The notes under the pieces are model-generated. The model searched no databases and was not told the origin of the DNA. It worked only from the letters and a program-made list of their open reading frames with translations. The position numbers and the translations under genes were made by a program. Shown here piece after piece: positions 44,085 to 55,237 of a DNA stretch of 64,000 nucleotides (positions are counted from its first letter, which is position 1; every line of letters starts with the position of its first letter). This DNA is from a virus. The DNA is taken from IMG/VR virus record IMGVR_UViG_3300025158_000005. One strand, 5' to 3'.

Positions 44085-46643
44085 TTAATTTATCTGATTT
44101 AAACCATGTGTAGTTTTCCCACCGTTAAAAGTGATCAACATCTTGCGTTGAGTCGGTAATGCGGGATTAAATGACACGTGAATCCATACCGACTTTCCAC
44201 GCACTTCATATATCAATTGGTCGAACGGAACAAGATTCTTTATTTCTTGAGCACGTTTGAATAACTCAGCACGTTTACCATAAATCGAAGTAAACGTCAG
44301 ATCCGCTGCCATTCCTAGTTCATGTTGAGAAGTCTTACCTGTTTCTGTTTTAGAATACCTGTTACCAGAAGGTCTCCAACCAGAATTCAATTTCATGTCA
44401 GGATAAGCGGCCAGAATTGGCTCAAGACAATTCACGGCTAGAGCATACATGTTACATGCTTGTTGTGCTACCGTTAGCCCATGTTGAGGCAGAATCATTC
44501 CGCCGACCGCCCTGGCCTCTTCGCCAGAGCACAGTTTACCGATAGTGAAGTTAGGTGTAAGTCTAGTACTCTTAGTTAGTGTTGCGGGTAGTTGTGAACA
44601 CGAAACAATCCGGGCTGGCGGAGGATTCGTCGGAGTCGTATCTGGATCGCCAGGTGTGCCGCCGGCGAATTCTGGATTAGTAGGATCGATTCCTACCGCA
44701 ATCATTTCATCGGTAGTCATTTCTTCAATCTGCATGTTCGCGTTATTTTCTGCTGACGGGGTATGCAACAATATGAACTCTGGTGAATTAGAATCAAACT
44801 GTAACGCTGGTACCAACGGCGCAGCAGATTTTGCAACACCCGACATGTTGATTACCTTGGTTCCATCAAACGCAATAATTCCAGATGATCGACCAGAAAT
44901 AGTTGAACCTAGAAGATTCATATCTGACCCGGATTTTATCTGTGTCTTGCCAGTTGACGCTACGTTGAACGTGTCGCACTTCAACTTGAAGTCTGTACAT
45001 TCAATTTCCAGAGAATCATCACATTGAAACGAAATCTGACCCTCAGAATGAAGATTCGTGGTTCCTGCTGCGTGGACGTTTATGTCGCCTTGAACGTCTA
45101 GATGACAGTCAGCAGCAACGAAGATAGAACAATTTCCGGTTACCGAAACTGTTGCTTGCCCGCCGATTGAGATATAACCATCGCTATCGATGATCGTATA
45201 TCCGTTGCCCACAATCTTGTTGACTTGCGTACCATTACAATCAATCTCAGTGAACGTTCCCGTCTTATGATACAAGTGAATACGTTCTGCGCCGGCTGTA
45301 TCATCAAACTCTAGAAGATGCCCAGACTCAGATTGATACACATGATTATATGGATATTGAGATGCATACGGTACCGTTGGTTGATCCCATGCACCACCGC
45401 CGTTAGCGACAACGTTGCCTGTAGTTCTTCCGTCACGCTTATCTGATACTACGGTTTGGTCAATCTTTTCGTTACGAGCAAGACGATTACAATCTGCCTC
45501 ATTCAAGAAATCCGATTGAGGATATTTTCCGTTAGGATCAACGAATCCCATGTTAGGTGAAACTGCAACTGGCGGATTTGACGGGGCGGGCGTTGATGAA
45601 CTTGTTGGATCGACAATAATAGGAGTCGCTGGAGCAGGAGTCGAAGGAGGAGCAGTAGAAGCAACGGCAGCACTGTGAAGATTTTCTCTTGTTGGTATCT
45701 CGTTAGTTGAAGTGCCCGCGATTGCTGCATATCCAGCCTTATAATACGTTGAACAATTCGTACCGTACTTGTCAGATTTTGTTGGTCCACCCGCCAGCCA
45801 TTTATTGACTGGACCTGCTCCCACAAGATGACATGCAGCGAGTACACCAGCAGTCTTCTCAGGCGGAACACCAGAGTCAAGTTTCGCGTAGCGATATTCT
45901 TTTCCGAGAAGAATATTCATGGCATTTTCTTGAGCAGCAGGTGAGTTGAACCATGCTTGTTTAGACGTTACTCCGTCTTTACCTGTCCAGTTCGCTGGGT
46001 TTCCAGTGATCGGAGCAAGTTTCTTTCCCCTCCATGGCATGTTCTTGATGTAACCAGTGTCAATTAATGCGCCCACACCAAACTGATACTTGCCAATATA
46101 ACCGATACTGTTCTCAACAGAATACGGATTTGGTTTACCACCAGATTCATATTTCGCAATCTCTGCTTTCAGTTTGCATACCTGAGCGCCAGATAAAGAC
46201 CCCAAAGAAAACGAACAATCGCTTGGATTCGATGGCGCTGGCGCAGTAGGATTCACTCCAGGAGGTGGAGCAACTGATGATGGTAAATCTGATGATGTTG
46301 TTGGGCTAGCTGGCGGAACAATTGATCCGGCTGTAACCGATTGTACATTGCCTGGAGTTGACATGGGCCAGCCCGGAAAAGTACCCATCATCACAGGTTT
46401 TTGTTTATCATTACCATCAAGGAAAAATACTGCAACATACGTTCCTTCAACAACACCAGTTGGGGATTCACCGATACCGTTCATGCTTGCAGAGGTAATC
46501 GGAGTCATAGGCATCGCCCATGGAAGATCATCCGTAGGAAGAATAACACGATCCGGGCAATGAACCCCGATTACCCGCACCTTACAACGCCCCATCTTTA
46601 GCGGATCTTTACGTGATTCAACTACTCCAAAATATAATTCCAT
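44085..46643 (-). CDS. gp5: baseplate hub/spike with lysozyme-like and peptidase M15 domains
   Basis: FGVVESRKDPLKMGRCKVR, YPYNHVYQSESGH..EFDDT, KYESGG...GKYQFG, SGWR...SQH..G.AAD...WIHVS. Confidence 0.93.
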   Translation of the reverse strand: MELYFGVVESRKDPLKMGRCKVRVIGVHCPDRVILPTDDLPWAMPMTPITSASMNGIGESPTGVVEGTYVAVFFLDGNDKQKPVMMGTFPGWPMSTPGNVQSVTAGSIVPPASPTTSSDLPSSVAPPPGVNPTAPAPSNPSDCSFSLGSLSGAQVCKLKAEIAKYESGGKPNPYSVENSIGYIGKYQFGVGALIDTGYIKNMPWRGKKLAPITGNPANWTGKDGVTSKQAWFNSPAAQENAMNILLGKEYRYAKLDSGVPPEKTAGVLAACHLVGAGPVNKWLAGGPTKSDKYGTNCSTYYKAGYAAIAGTSTNEIPTRENLHSAAVASTAPPSTPAPATPIIVDPTSSSTPAPSNPPVAVSPNMGFVDPNGKYPQSDFLNEADCNRLARNEKIDQTVVSDKRDGRTTGNVVANGGGAWDQPTVPYASQYPYNHVYQSESGHLLEFDDTAGAERIHLYHKTGTFTEIDCNGTQVNKIVGNGYTIIDSDGYISIGGQATVSVTGNCSIFVAADCHLDVQGDINVHAAGTTNLHSEGQISFQCDDSLEIECTDFKLKCDTFNVASTGKTQIKSGSDMNLLGSTISGRSSGIIAFDGTKVINMSGVAKSAAPLVPALQFDSNSPEFILLHTPSAENNANMQIEEMTTDEMIAVGIDPTNPEFAGGTPGDPDTTPTNPPPARIVSCSQLPATLTKSTRLTPNFTIGKLCSGEEARAVGGMILPQHGLTVAQQACNMYALAVNCLEPILAAYPDMKLNSGWRPSGNRYSKTETGKTSQHELGMAADLTFTSIYGKRAELFKRAQEIKNLVPFDQLIYEVRGKSVWIHVSFNPALPTQRKMLITFNGGKTTHGLNQIN

Positions 46644-46649
46644 CTTGTT

Positions 46650-46686
46650 TGTAACATCCTGTAACAAGTTGTAACATTTTGTTACA
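46650..46686. repeat. TGTAACA x3 plus one inverted copy, 10-bp period
   Basis: Copies at 46650, 46660, 46670; TGTTACA at 46680. Confidence 0.8.
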
Positions 46687-47501
46687 ATTGAGAAATAATT
46701 TGTACCAAAATAAATTTGACATCCGTACAAAAAAGAGTACGATAGAGTAACGGTTAGATGATTGCATTTTGAAGGAGATCAATCAGCAAGGACATTGCAT
46801 CCCTGTCCCGTTACGAAACTATTTATGCAGTAATTTGAATGACGCGAAAGCCTGGGCCATGCGGTACAATCCCCGATGGATCATAAAAATTGCTGAAGGC
46901 ATGAATAGTTGCTTCCGACTTAAATCCGTTTACAAATTCGTTTACCGACGTGCATCACCAAAATTACATAGCCACAAGCCGATAGATCGGTGTGAGAGAA
47001 AGTGAATTATCGGATGTTCCGATAGTTTATTCGTTGACAACTCCGCATATATGCGAGGGGGACCACGGCAAAACGTAAAATATAAAAGAGAGCGACAGTT
47101 CTCATGAGGTGGGGAGGTGCCACCAAATCATATAGCGTTATGTGTTCCAAAGACTAGCTATATGGTTCCGCCGGGATTAAATTCCGACTACATGTGTAAA
47201 AGCCTACAGGACGACCAGGGCTTACCTTATTATACAAGGTTTCATTCTTTGGATGCCAGTTGCGATGTCATGCATCGCCAGGTATAGCCCCTGGAATGGG
47301 AAACTATGCCTGTGCTCCATCGTGCATCAATTATCTAATTTATAGATTAAAACTAAACAAATAACATCACTCTTACGAAGTAAGAGGGATAATGCGAAGC
47401 ATTAGATAGTAACTGTATGATGCGTGGGAAATATTCATTCTTGACTTTTATTTGACACTCATACATATAATAATCATACTGCACTTATTATGGTTCATTC
47501 T

Positions 47502-48950
47502 ATGTTTATTCCATCAGACCAACAAGTTGCATTCTTCGACTGGATTAAGACTGGTAAGTGATCGTGTGTTCTTGAAGCTGTTGCAGTAGCAGGCAAAACA
47601 ACTACGCTTGTTAAAGCGTTACATCTAATGGAAGGTAATGTTTTGTTTGGTGCTTATAATAAAGCAATTGTTGAAGATATTAAATCTAAAGCTCCCAAGA
47701 GTAAGAATATAACAATTTCAACGTTACATACGGTAGGTATTGTCGCATGTTACAAGATTACTCCTTCGCTTAAAGTGGATTCGTATAAATGTTCGAATAT
47801 TTTAGAAATATGATTCCTAAAAAATATGCATTGGCCGAACTAGAATCTGATGTGCTGAAGTTAGTATCATGGGCAAAACAGTTTGGTGTGGGGTATCACT
47901 ACCTCATTTGAAGATTCTCACTGGAATGATATTTTGGTTCACATCGGAGGTGTTGACGATGATACTATCGTTATTAACCTAGCGCGGGACGTTTTGCTTG
48001 AATCAAATAAGATTCTTGTTATTGTTGACTTTGTTGTCATGATTTATCTGCCCTTGTTATTTAACTGCAATCTTAAAAAAAATATGATTGGTTGCTTATT
48101 GATGAAGCTCGGGATACGAATGGCATTCGTAGAATGATTTCGTTAAAGTCGTTGAAAGATGACGGAAGACTTGTCGCAGTTGGTGATAAACATCAAGCTA
48201 TTTACGGATTTACTGGAGCAAATTCCAATGCGCTGGATTTAATTGCGGCCGAATGCGGCGCTGTTAGACTTGGGTTGGCAACAACGTATCGTTGCCCAAA
48301 GAGTGTAGTTGCTTATGCACAGTCGTTTGTGAGTCATATTAGACCTGCTGATGCCGCGAAAGAAGGAACAGTAGAATTCATTTCTCATGATGATGTTACA
48401 AAATCGAAGCTGGGTGACGTTATTTTGTGCAGATTTAATGCTCCTCTTGTTAATCTCGCCTACAAATTTATAAACGCTGGAGTATCTGCTAAGGTAGAAG
48501 GTTGCGACATTGGAGTTGGGCTGGAATCTATCGTGAAGAAGATGGGTACGGTACATGATCTTGATGAGTTGCTACTGAGACTTGAGAAATTTCGAACCAA
48601 ATATGTTGCAAAATACACAAAATTAGAGAGAATGTCTGACGTTGCGAGTATTAATGAACAGGTTGATTAATATAATTATTCGCCGGGTCAAATACAAAGG
48701 AGGCCGATCCGTTGATTCTCTATTGGCCGAAATAAACAGAATGTTCGGAAGTAAGCTGGACAGTAGATATGCCATTCTTTCGTCTATCCACAAGGCTAAG
48801 GGTCGGGAGTGGAAGACTGACTACTGGCAAAAGTTAACGAAAATTACGCTTCCCGCGATTGGGAACTGGATCAAGAGAATAATTTATGTTACGTCGCGGT
48901 GACCAGAACATTGAGCAGACTCGTGGTAGTTGATGCTCCCATAAAAAGAA
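47502..48950 (+). pseudogene. UvrD/Rep superfamily 1 helicase, multiply disrupted
   Basis: EAVAVAGKTT, DEARD, VGDKHQAIYGF, YRCP, SIHKAKGRE, YVAVTR spread across stops and frameshifts. Confidence 0.9.
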
Positions 48951-48954
48951 AAAC

Positions 48955-50400
48955 CTAGGAAGCAACCAACGGCGTTACGGCTTGTTCAGTCGAATTTCTA
49001 ACGCATTGAACGGTCATCTTATGTTGGTTAGGTGACAATCTATGATGAATGGCTGTTACTAACCAGTTACCACTTGTCTTTGTATCATCCACATTCAATG
49101 ATTGCCCGGTGGCGGGATCAACGTCTTGAGTATAATTACCTTGATTTATATTGATCATGTCACCAACTTCTAGCCAACTTCTTCCCCATATGTCGATATC
49201 AATCTGATTCATTTCTAGGAAATTGAATGCGGGAATTCGACTCAAGGTGGAATATTTTTCATAATCATCTGGTAGATCATGAGTCAATCGATTCATGTCC
49301 GTGACGGCAATGTTCGCATCTGGAGCGATGTTGTATAGTTGTGGATTTGACGGGTCTGCTAGTGACTTTGGATATTCAGGAAGAATTGAGGTGCTACTAT
49401 CAGAAGTTGCCCCAAAGTTGTAAGTATACGTATCATGATATGACCAGACGGAGGTATTCAATGTCTTCAAGAACATGTCATTATTGAAAGAGGTCTGCCC
49501 GTATGCTCTGTTCAAGAATGCTGTCAGATTGTCAACGATCTTTCGGTGTCTTAGATCGATTATTTTGATCATCATTTCTTGTGGGACGCCATTCGATTGT
49601 GAGTGATCCCAGTTGAAGTAATCGACAGGATCATCACGGAATAGTTCACCGAATGCTTGAAAGTAGTATGCTTGACTTGATTCATAGAATACGTAGTCTG
49701 CCACAGGAAATTGGGTATTACCATCGTCTCTAACTGCCATTTTTTCACACCACTTGATGCACTCGAAGGTGGACCATTGCGGGGATACGAATTTGACCTG
49801 GTTCAATTGATCTGTTTCGATTGTTGCTCCGTCTTCGGTTGTACCCTGATTCCAATACGTTGCTCCTGGACCGTTAGTATTTCCTTGAGAAGACGAATTC
49901 ATAGGAACAGTCTTATCGTAGGCATCCCAGTTTTGTGCGATTGTCAGAATCTGGGCGATGATCTGCCCTGGTGTTCCCTTGAATGCTCCATTGATCGAAT
50001 TTCTCACGTCTGCATATGCATCATTGGAAATGAAGTGTAGTTTGTACGTTTGCTTATTACCTGTGATCGTTCTGTCAGAGACTTTGAAGACCTTGAACAC
50101 TTTTTCGACTGTATTGGTTACACCGGGGGTTCTGAAACCTAGAAAAAGAGTTTCCATTCCGATGATGGGCAATCTCGAAATCAAGTTATGTGTGTCTACG
50201 ATAACCATGTTGCCGTACATCGTCGGGCTCATGATATCTTCATAGAGATTTATTTCTGGAGACAAACCCAGAAGATCGACCGTATACGCAGGATCAATCG
50301 GCACTGAACCGAAGTTGGTCAGACTGCAATATAACCAAGTAACGTCACCTCCAGCAGTTAATGTGCCAGCGGATCCCGTCGAATCATAACTGGGGGTCAT
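48955..50400 (-). CDS. baseplate hub/tail protein (gp27-like)
   Basis: INLYEDI, LPIIGME, YVFYES, SGNWLVTAIHH; next to gp53. Confidence 0.7.
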   Translation of the reverse strand: MTPSYDSTGSAGTLTAGGDVTWLYCSLTNFGSVPIDPAYTVDLLGLSPEINLYEDIMSPTMYGNMVIVDTHNLISRLPIIGMETLFLGFRTPGVTNTVEKVFKVFKVSDRTITGNKQTYKLHFISNDAYADVRNSINGAFKGTPGQIIAQILTIAQNWDAYDKTVPMNSSSQGNTNGPGATYWNQGTTEDGATIETDQLNQVKFVSPQWSTFECIKWCEKMAVRDDGNTQFPVADYVFYESSQAYYFQAFGELFRDDPVDYFNWDHSQSNGVPQEMMIKIIDLRHRKIVDNLTAFLNRAYGQTSFNNDMFLKTLNTSVWSYHDTYTYNFGATSDSSTSILPEYPKSLADPSNPQLYNIAPDANIAVTDMNRLTHDLPDDYEKYSTLSRIPAFNFLEMNQIDIDIWGRSWLEVGDMININQGNYTQDVDPATGQSLNVDDTKTSGNWLVTAIHHRLSPNQHKMTVQCVRNSTEQAVTPLVAS

Positions 50401-50933
50401 ATAGCGGAACTCATTTTCTTCAAGTACATATTGACAAAGGTTGCCAGATATGATGGTTGCAGGACTCTAATGACTCGCTTCTTTTCGTTAAGAATACTTT
50501 CCCATTGAAAGTTTGAGACTGCGGTAACTGGTCCAGAATATGTCGTTGCGGTACTTACATCATTAATTCCATAAGGTGCAACAATATTATTATAATCGTC
50601 AATGAGATAAACCAATGCATTTATTGAATCTCCGTATATGTCGGTACAATAATCGACTAATTCATTTTGAGAAAGACACCAATCAGAATATACATCATAT
50701 ATGTTATTGATAATTAGAATAACCCAGAAATAGTGTGGATTTCCATAAAGTTTATTGGAAATGTCTTCGGGTGCCTCACCGTCGAGAATGGTGTATGGAC
50801 TTGTAACCGAAATGAGGTCTTTGTCCGACATGTTGAGTAGGACACGTGCTGTAATATCTCTGACGCTGAACGGAACTGTGGTGTTGCCGTCAAGCAATGG
50901 AAATATGATAGGATTGAGTGTGTCTAGGTACAT
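50397..50933 (-). CDS. gp53: baseplate wedge subunit
   Basis: YTILDGEAPEDIS.KLYG..YFWVILIINNI, NEKKR.I. Confidence 0.88.
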   Translation of the reverse strand: MYLDTLNPIIFPLLDGNTTVPFSVRDITARVLLNMSDKDLISVTSPYTILDGEAPEDISNKLYGNPHYFWVILIINNIYDVYSDWCLSQNELVDYCTDIYGDSINALVYLIDDYNNIVAPYGINDVSTATTYSGPVTAVSNFQWESILNEKKRVIRVLQPSYLATFVNMYLKKMSSAI

Positions 50934-51039
50934 ATCTGATTGATTCTTATGATGTTCTGATATTTATTGGCAATAAATGTGTTGATGTGTAAAATGAACA
51001 CACTACTTGAATGCATGAAGAATGCGTTGAATATTCTAA

Positions 51040-51462
51040 ATGACCAGAATCAATCTAGTACCTCCATCTGAACTTTACGATCAGCATTTGTTCGCGGAAT
51101 TTCGTGAAATCAAGATGGTGCCGAAAGCGCTGTCAAGAAGAATAAATGCACATGGATTCCATGGCGTACTTTCTCGAATTCCAAAAGAATTCACCCTAGG
51201 CAAGGGCCATGTCATGTTCTTCTATGATAAGGGCAGGTATCTTAAATTTAGATATCAAAGTATTAGGGAGGAGTTAGACCGTCGCGGTATTTGTTTCAAC
51301 AGAGAGTCCAGATTGGATCCTGACTTGATATTTGAAAATCCGTTGTTCAATAAAGGATATACTCCAACAAATGGAGCACTTGATCTTATTCAAGCAAAGA
51401 ACAGAGAAAAGATCGCACTCAAACCGGATTGGTACAGAATGGCAAACGGAAGATTCTTATGA
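51040..51462 (+). CDS. denV: pyrimidine-dimer DNA glycosylase (endonuclease V)
   Basis: MTRINLV, DQHLFAEFREI, FTLGKGHVMFFYDK, KPDWY. Confidence 0.95.
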   Translation: MTRINLVPPSELYDQHLFAEFREIKMVPKALSRRINAHGFHGVLSRIPKEFTLGKGHVMFFYDKGRYLKFRYQSIREELDRRGICFNRESRLDPDLIFENPLFNKGYTPTNGALDLIQAKNREKIALKPDWYRMANGRFL

Positions 51463-51523
51463 CAATATTATTTGTGATAATTATTATCTTGTTTATCGTA
51501 AGTCTTTATTACGATTTTCTAGA

Positions 51524-52597
51524 TTAAAATCCTCGCGCCACGTCGTTTTTGAGCAATGGCTGGGTTTCTGAGATGGTCAGAGCCAAATCAATTTGTGCAG
51601 GTGCACCGCTATTCGCCAAGAACGAATATTGGTTATTAGGTGAATAATCCGTGTCCACACTCAGAATAACGCAGGTTGATATCTTAGGCAGCCATGCATT
51701 CTGAGTATAATTATTTCCGTTTTTGGTATACCATTCAACGTCAATATGCCCTGGGAATGTCAAGTACGTGCCTTGTGCGCCAACATCATCATATGATGGA
51801 GACGCATGGAAGCGCATCAGACGAATGATAAGATCAATCGAATATAACTCTGTCATATTTCGAGGAACGAGCGTCCAAGAGAACTGGAACTTTCTTCGTT
51901 GCATGTTATTGAACGTCATGTCGTTATAGGTATTCTGAACAGACTTTGTTATCGCGTTTCCAAGACCAGTTCCTTTACTTGTCGCATTCAAACCAGCAAT
52001 TGCGCCCTCTCGGGCTAACGTGCTAGTCATATTGCCAATACCAAGACCACCTTCGGAAGACTGCGTACCAAGCAGACCAATCGCGTTTGGTTCAGAATTC
52101 AACTCCGCCCAGTTTGCACCAGTATCGTACTTGATTGAGTTTGGATAGAGCATCCAGATTCCAGATGATGTACGTTCATAATTCTTTACTCCAGACTGCA
52201 AATAATCGGAGATGGTCGATCCTTTTTGACCTACCAGTTTATTCATTAACGCACCCATTTGTGCCTGTTGCAACATGTCTTGATACGCCATGTTGCCGGG
52301 CGGTACTGGTCCGCTATCTCCACCAAGCATGGACAGATAATTAACGTTCATCGAACCGCTGTTCGACTGCTGGAATACATTCGTCACTTCATCAAAGTAA
52401 ATCATCATCATATTTGTCAGAGAATCTCCTTGAGGATACTGATATATGCCGTCCAGATCGGGATTTAGGTATGGGATCGTATAGTTCGCGGGATTAATCG
52501 AACTATTATACTCAACCGTAGGAGTATTTCCCTTGCCGTCAGCAGTAGGAACAGTAACAGAAGCGTTGCTGGTCCATTTGGGTTGAAGTAGTGCCAT
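51524..52597 (-). CDS. gp48: baseplate tail-tube cap
   Basis: RKFQFSWTLVPRN..E, CVILSVDTDYSP, L.ISE. Confidence 0.8.
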   Translation of the reverse strand: MALLQPKWTSNASVTVPTADGKGNTPTVEYNSSINPANYTIPYLNPDLDGIYQYPQGDSLTNMMMIYFDEVTNVFQQSNSGSMNVNYLSMLGGDSGPVPPGNMAYQDMLQQAQMGALMNKLVGQKGSTISDYLQSGVKNYERTSSGIWMLYPNSIKYDTGANWAELNSEPNAIGLLGTQSSEGGLGIGNMTSTLAREGAIAGLNATSKGTGLGNAITKSVQNTYNDMTFNNMQRRKFQFSWTLVPRNMTELYSIDLIIRLMRFHASPSYDDVGAQGTYLTFPGHIDVEWYTKNGNNYTQNAWLPKISTCVILSVDTDYSPNNQYSFLANSGAPAQIDLALTISETQPLLKNDVARGF

Positions 52598-52643
52598 TCC
52601 GCGAATACCTTGATAAATAGTAAGATGATTGTATGGAGTATTT

Positions 52644-53108
52644 ATGAGTAAGTTTCTACAAGGCAAGTTCAATCCTAAGCATCCTGAAAAGTATGTCGGA
52701 GACCCTAAGAATATTCAGATTAGATCGTCATATGAACTCCGAGCAATGATGTGGTTAGATGATAATCCGGCAGTCATAAAATGGGGTAGCGAAGAATTTC
52801 ATATTCCCTATGTGAAACCAACTGACGGGAAAATTCACCGGTACTTCCCAGACATTGTTTTCCAATATAAAGCAGCAGACGGTTCGATTAGAAAAGTCTT
52901 GGTGGAGATAAAGCCGGAGGTTCAGACAAGACCTCCTAAACTTGCGACAACCAAGACGGGTAAAGCGAGTAGACGGTATTTGAATGAAGCAATGACATAT
53001 GCCACTAACATGGCAAAATGGGAAGCGGCTCAATCGTGGTGCAAGAAGAACGGTTTTGAGTGGATGATTTGGGATGAATACGCACTAGGAATAAAGACGA
53101 GAAAATGA
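52644..53108 (+). CDS. gp4: head completion nuclease
   Basis: PKHPEKYVGD, RSSYE, WGSEE, HRYFPD, VEIKP, NMAKWEAA. Confidence 0.92.
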   Translation: MSKFLQGKFNPKHPEKYVGDPKNIQIRSSYELRAMMWLDDNPAVIKWGSEEFHIPYVKPTDGKIHRYFPDIVFQYKAADGSIRKVLVEIKPEVQTRPPKLATTKTGKASRRYLNEAMTYATNMAKWEAAQSWCKKNGFEWMIWDEYALGIKTRK

Positions 53109-53800
53109 GTGACAACCAACTATTTGATAGAATAAAGAAGGATCCTAACTACACCAACAGAAATTCGTGGATGTGGTTTCGTGGCAAGGTGCAGACTCTC
53201 TTGGGAGGCGGCAAGATATCGTCTATGCAAATGCTTTCCATGAGTCAAGATCAACTGACTGCGCAAATTCTACCAGGAAAAATGTACGCATTTGTTTATG
53301 ACCCTAAGTACAAGGAAACGCTGCCATACTACGATAACTTTCCGTTAGTACTTCCGTTTCACATGGACGCGAAACACGTATGGGCGTTGAATCTGCATTA
53401 TCTACCCTATCAACATCGTCTTATTCTCTTGAATAAATTGATGCAGTTCGCGGTGCATTACAAGGAAGGCACTACGCTAAGACCTAACCCTAACAGAAAG
53501 ACGAATCAAGAGGGAAGCGTGATCAGACCTAAACCTGCTAGAACAGCCACACCAACGGTAGGACCAGAGAACGTTGCACAATTAAAATTCTCGTGGAATC
53601 TAATCAGCAACTACGCAAAGTTCCCTGAGGTACAATCTGCTGTCAAGTGTTATTTGAAAGGTCGCGTAAAGTCCAGATTCATCTTGATTCCTCCTGATGA
53701 CTGGGCAATCGCAGCCATGATGCCAATGGCTAACTTCAAAAAGCAATCGGAAGCAAACGTCTGGAAAGCAACGATGGATATTATCAAGGGTAGAGAATGA
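53105..53800 (+). CDS. gp2: DNA end protector
   Basis: PGKMYAFVYDPKYKETLPYYDNFPLV, LNLHYLP. Confidence 0.93.
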   Translation: MSDNQLFDRIKKDPNYTNRNSWMWFRGKVQTLLGGGKISSMQMLSMSQDQLTAQILPGKMYAFVYDPKYKETLPYYDNFPLVLPFHMDAKHVWALNLHYLPYQHRLILLNKLMQFAVHYKEGTTLRPNPNRKTNQEGSVIRPKPARTATPTVGPENVAQLKFSWNLISNYAKFPEVQSAVKCYLKGRVKSRFILIPPDDWAIAAMMPMANFKKQSEANVWKATMDIIKGRE

Positions 53801-54384
53801 GCAGTTATAACGCATTTCATAATCTGATCAACAAGTTCAATCTTGCACGAGCGAATCAGTATATGGTCTTTATTGAACCTCCCTCTGCACTTGGTGCGAC
53901 CTCTGATCAACTCGACCTAACAAAACTATTTTGTGAGTCCGCATCGATTCCTCCAAAGAATATGATGACTTCTCCGGTGAGAATCGAACATGCGCATTTT
54001 GAAGTTCCATACGGTATTTCTTATGACCCAGTTATCTTGAATTTCTATCTGGACGAAAAGTTCTTGATCAGAGACTTTTTCGTGAGATGGCACGATCTAG
54101 TCTATTCTGACGGTGATCATTCTCTAGGATTTTATGATAATTACGTGGGTAACGTCACGATTGCCGCGAAGGATAAATTACAACTGGGAACAATCTCCAG
54201 CGGTAATCCTGATTCGGGTTCGAACGTGGAATCATTCAACCAAAACGATAGTAATTATAGATCAATGTTGATCCAAGCATATCCAAAAACTGTTGGATCT
54301 GTTCAGTTTTCCGCAACTGGACAAGGAGAAGTCGCAACCATGCAAGTCGAATTCGTTTATCAAGAATTGGTAGAAATGCAATGA
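53797..54384 (+). CDS. gp54: baseplate tail-tube initiator (gp54-like)
   Basis: LARANQY, CESASIP, FF..W, AYPKTV. Confidence 0.7.
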   Translation: MSSYNAFHNLINKFNLARANQYMVFIEPPSALGATSDQLDLTKLFCESASIPPKNMMTSPVRIEHAHFEVPYGISYDPVILNFYLDEKFLIRDFFVRWHDLVYSDGDHSLGFYDNYVGNVTIAAKDKLQLGTISSGNPDSGSNVESFNQNDSNYRSMLIQAYPKTVGSVQFSATGQGEVATMQVEFVYQELVEMQ

Positions 54385-54559
54385 CTACACTAGAACAACA
54401 AGCACCACAGACGCTTCCGGGAATTCCCACTATCGCTGGCATCTATAACACAGAAGATCCAGAATTGACTCCTCTTACCCAGGAGCAGATTCTGAACTTA
54501 ATACGTAAGCAACAAGCAGACATAAACGACACATTCAACAAAGAAAAGTGAGTATAAAC

Positions 54560-55237
54560 ATGAGCATTCCAGTTCCAGTAGTTCCAAAATATGACGTAGT
54601 TCTTCCCGTTTCCAAGAAGAAAGTACAGTATCGTCCATTTCTAGTCCGTGAGGAGAAAATTCTTCTCATGGCATCCGGCAACATTCAAGAAATGGAACTT
54701 GCTGTCAAGCAGGTCCTTGAGAATTGCACGTTCAACGCAATTGACGTTGGTTCGCTGCCGATGGCAGACGTTGAGCTACTTTTCATTAAGATTCGCGCAC
54801 GTAGCATTGCCGAAACGATTGATTCTACTGTCGAATGCAACAAGTGTAAAACCAAGATTGGATACACGATTGAACTTGACAAGACCGCCGTTGTCAATAA
54901 CGTCACCACAAATGACGTAAAGATCGATGATAATATCATCGTGACAATGGGATATCCTACGCTTGATATGTCAATGGGGTCCGTGGGTGAACCGTTGATC
55001 GTAACCGCTGAGTTGATCCAGATGATTACCATGGGTGAAAACGTATTCGAAGGTAGAGATTTCACGACCGATCAACGGGTTGAATGGTTGAACAATCTAA
55101 CAAAACACCAACTTGATAAATTGACAGAATATCTGAATACGCTTCCTAAGTTGGTGTATGATGATCATATCAAGTGCACATGCGGTAATCCCATTCATGT
55201 CCATATGGAGGGCATATCCGATTTTTTCGGACTATAG
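54560..55237 (+). CDS. gp26: baseplate hub assembly protein (gp26-like as annotated in T4-like phages)
   Basis: YRPFLVREEKILLMA, LFIKIRARS, two Cys pairs, EGISDFF. Confidence 0.85.
   Translation: MSIPVPVVPKYDVVLPVSKKKVQYRPFLVREEKILLMASGNIQEMELAVKQVLENCTFNAIDVGSLPMADVELLFIKIRARSIAETIDSTVECNKCKTKIGYTIELDKTAVVNNVTTNDVKIDDNIIVTMGYPTLDMSMGSVGEPLIVTAELIQMITMGENVFEGRDFTTDQRVEWLNNLTKHQLDKLTEYLNTLPKLVYDDHIKCTCGNPIHVHMEGISDFFGL

Noticed and set aside
46769-47005. 78-aa ORF in the putative origin region
   Set aside because: TTG start, no clear RBS and no recognisable motif; not supported as a gene.
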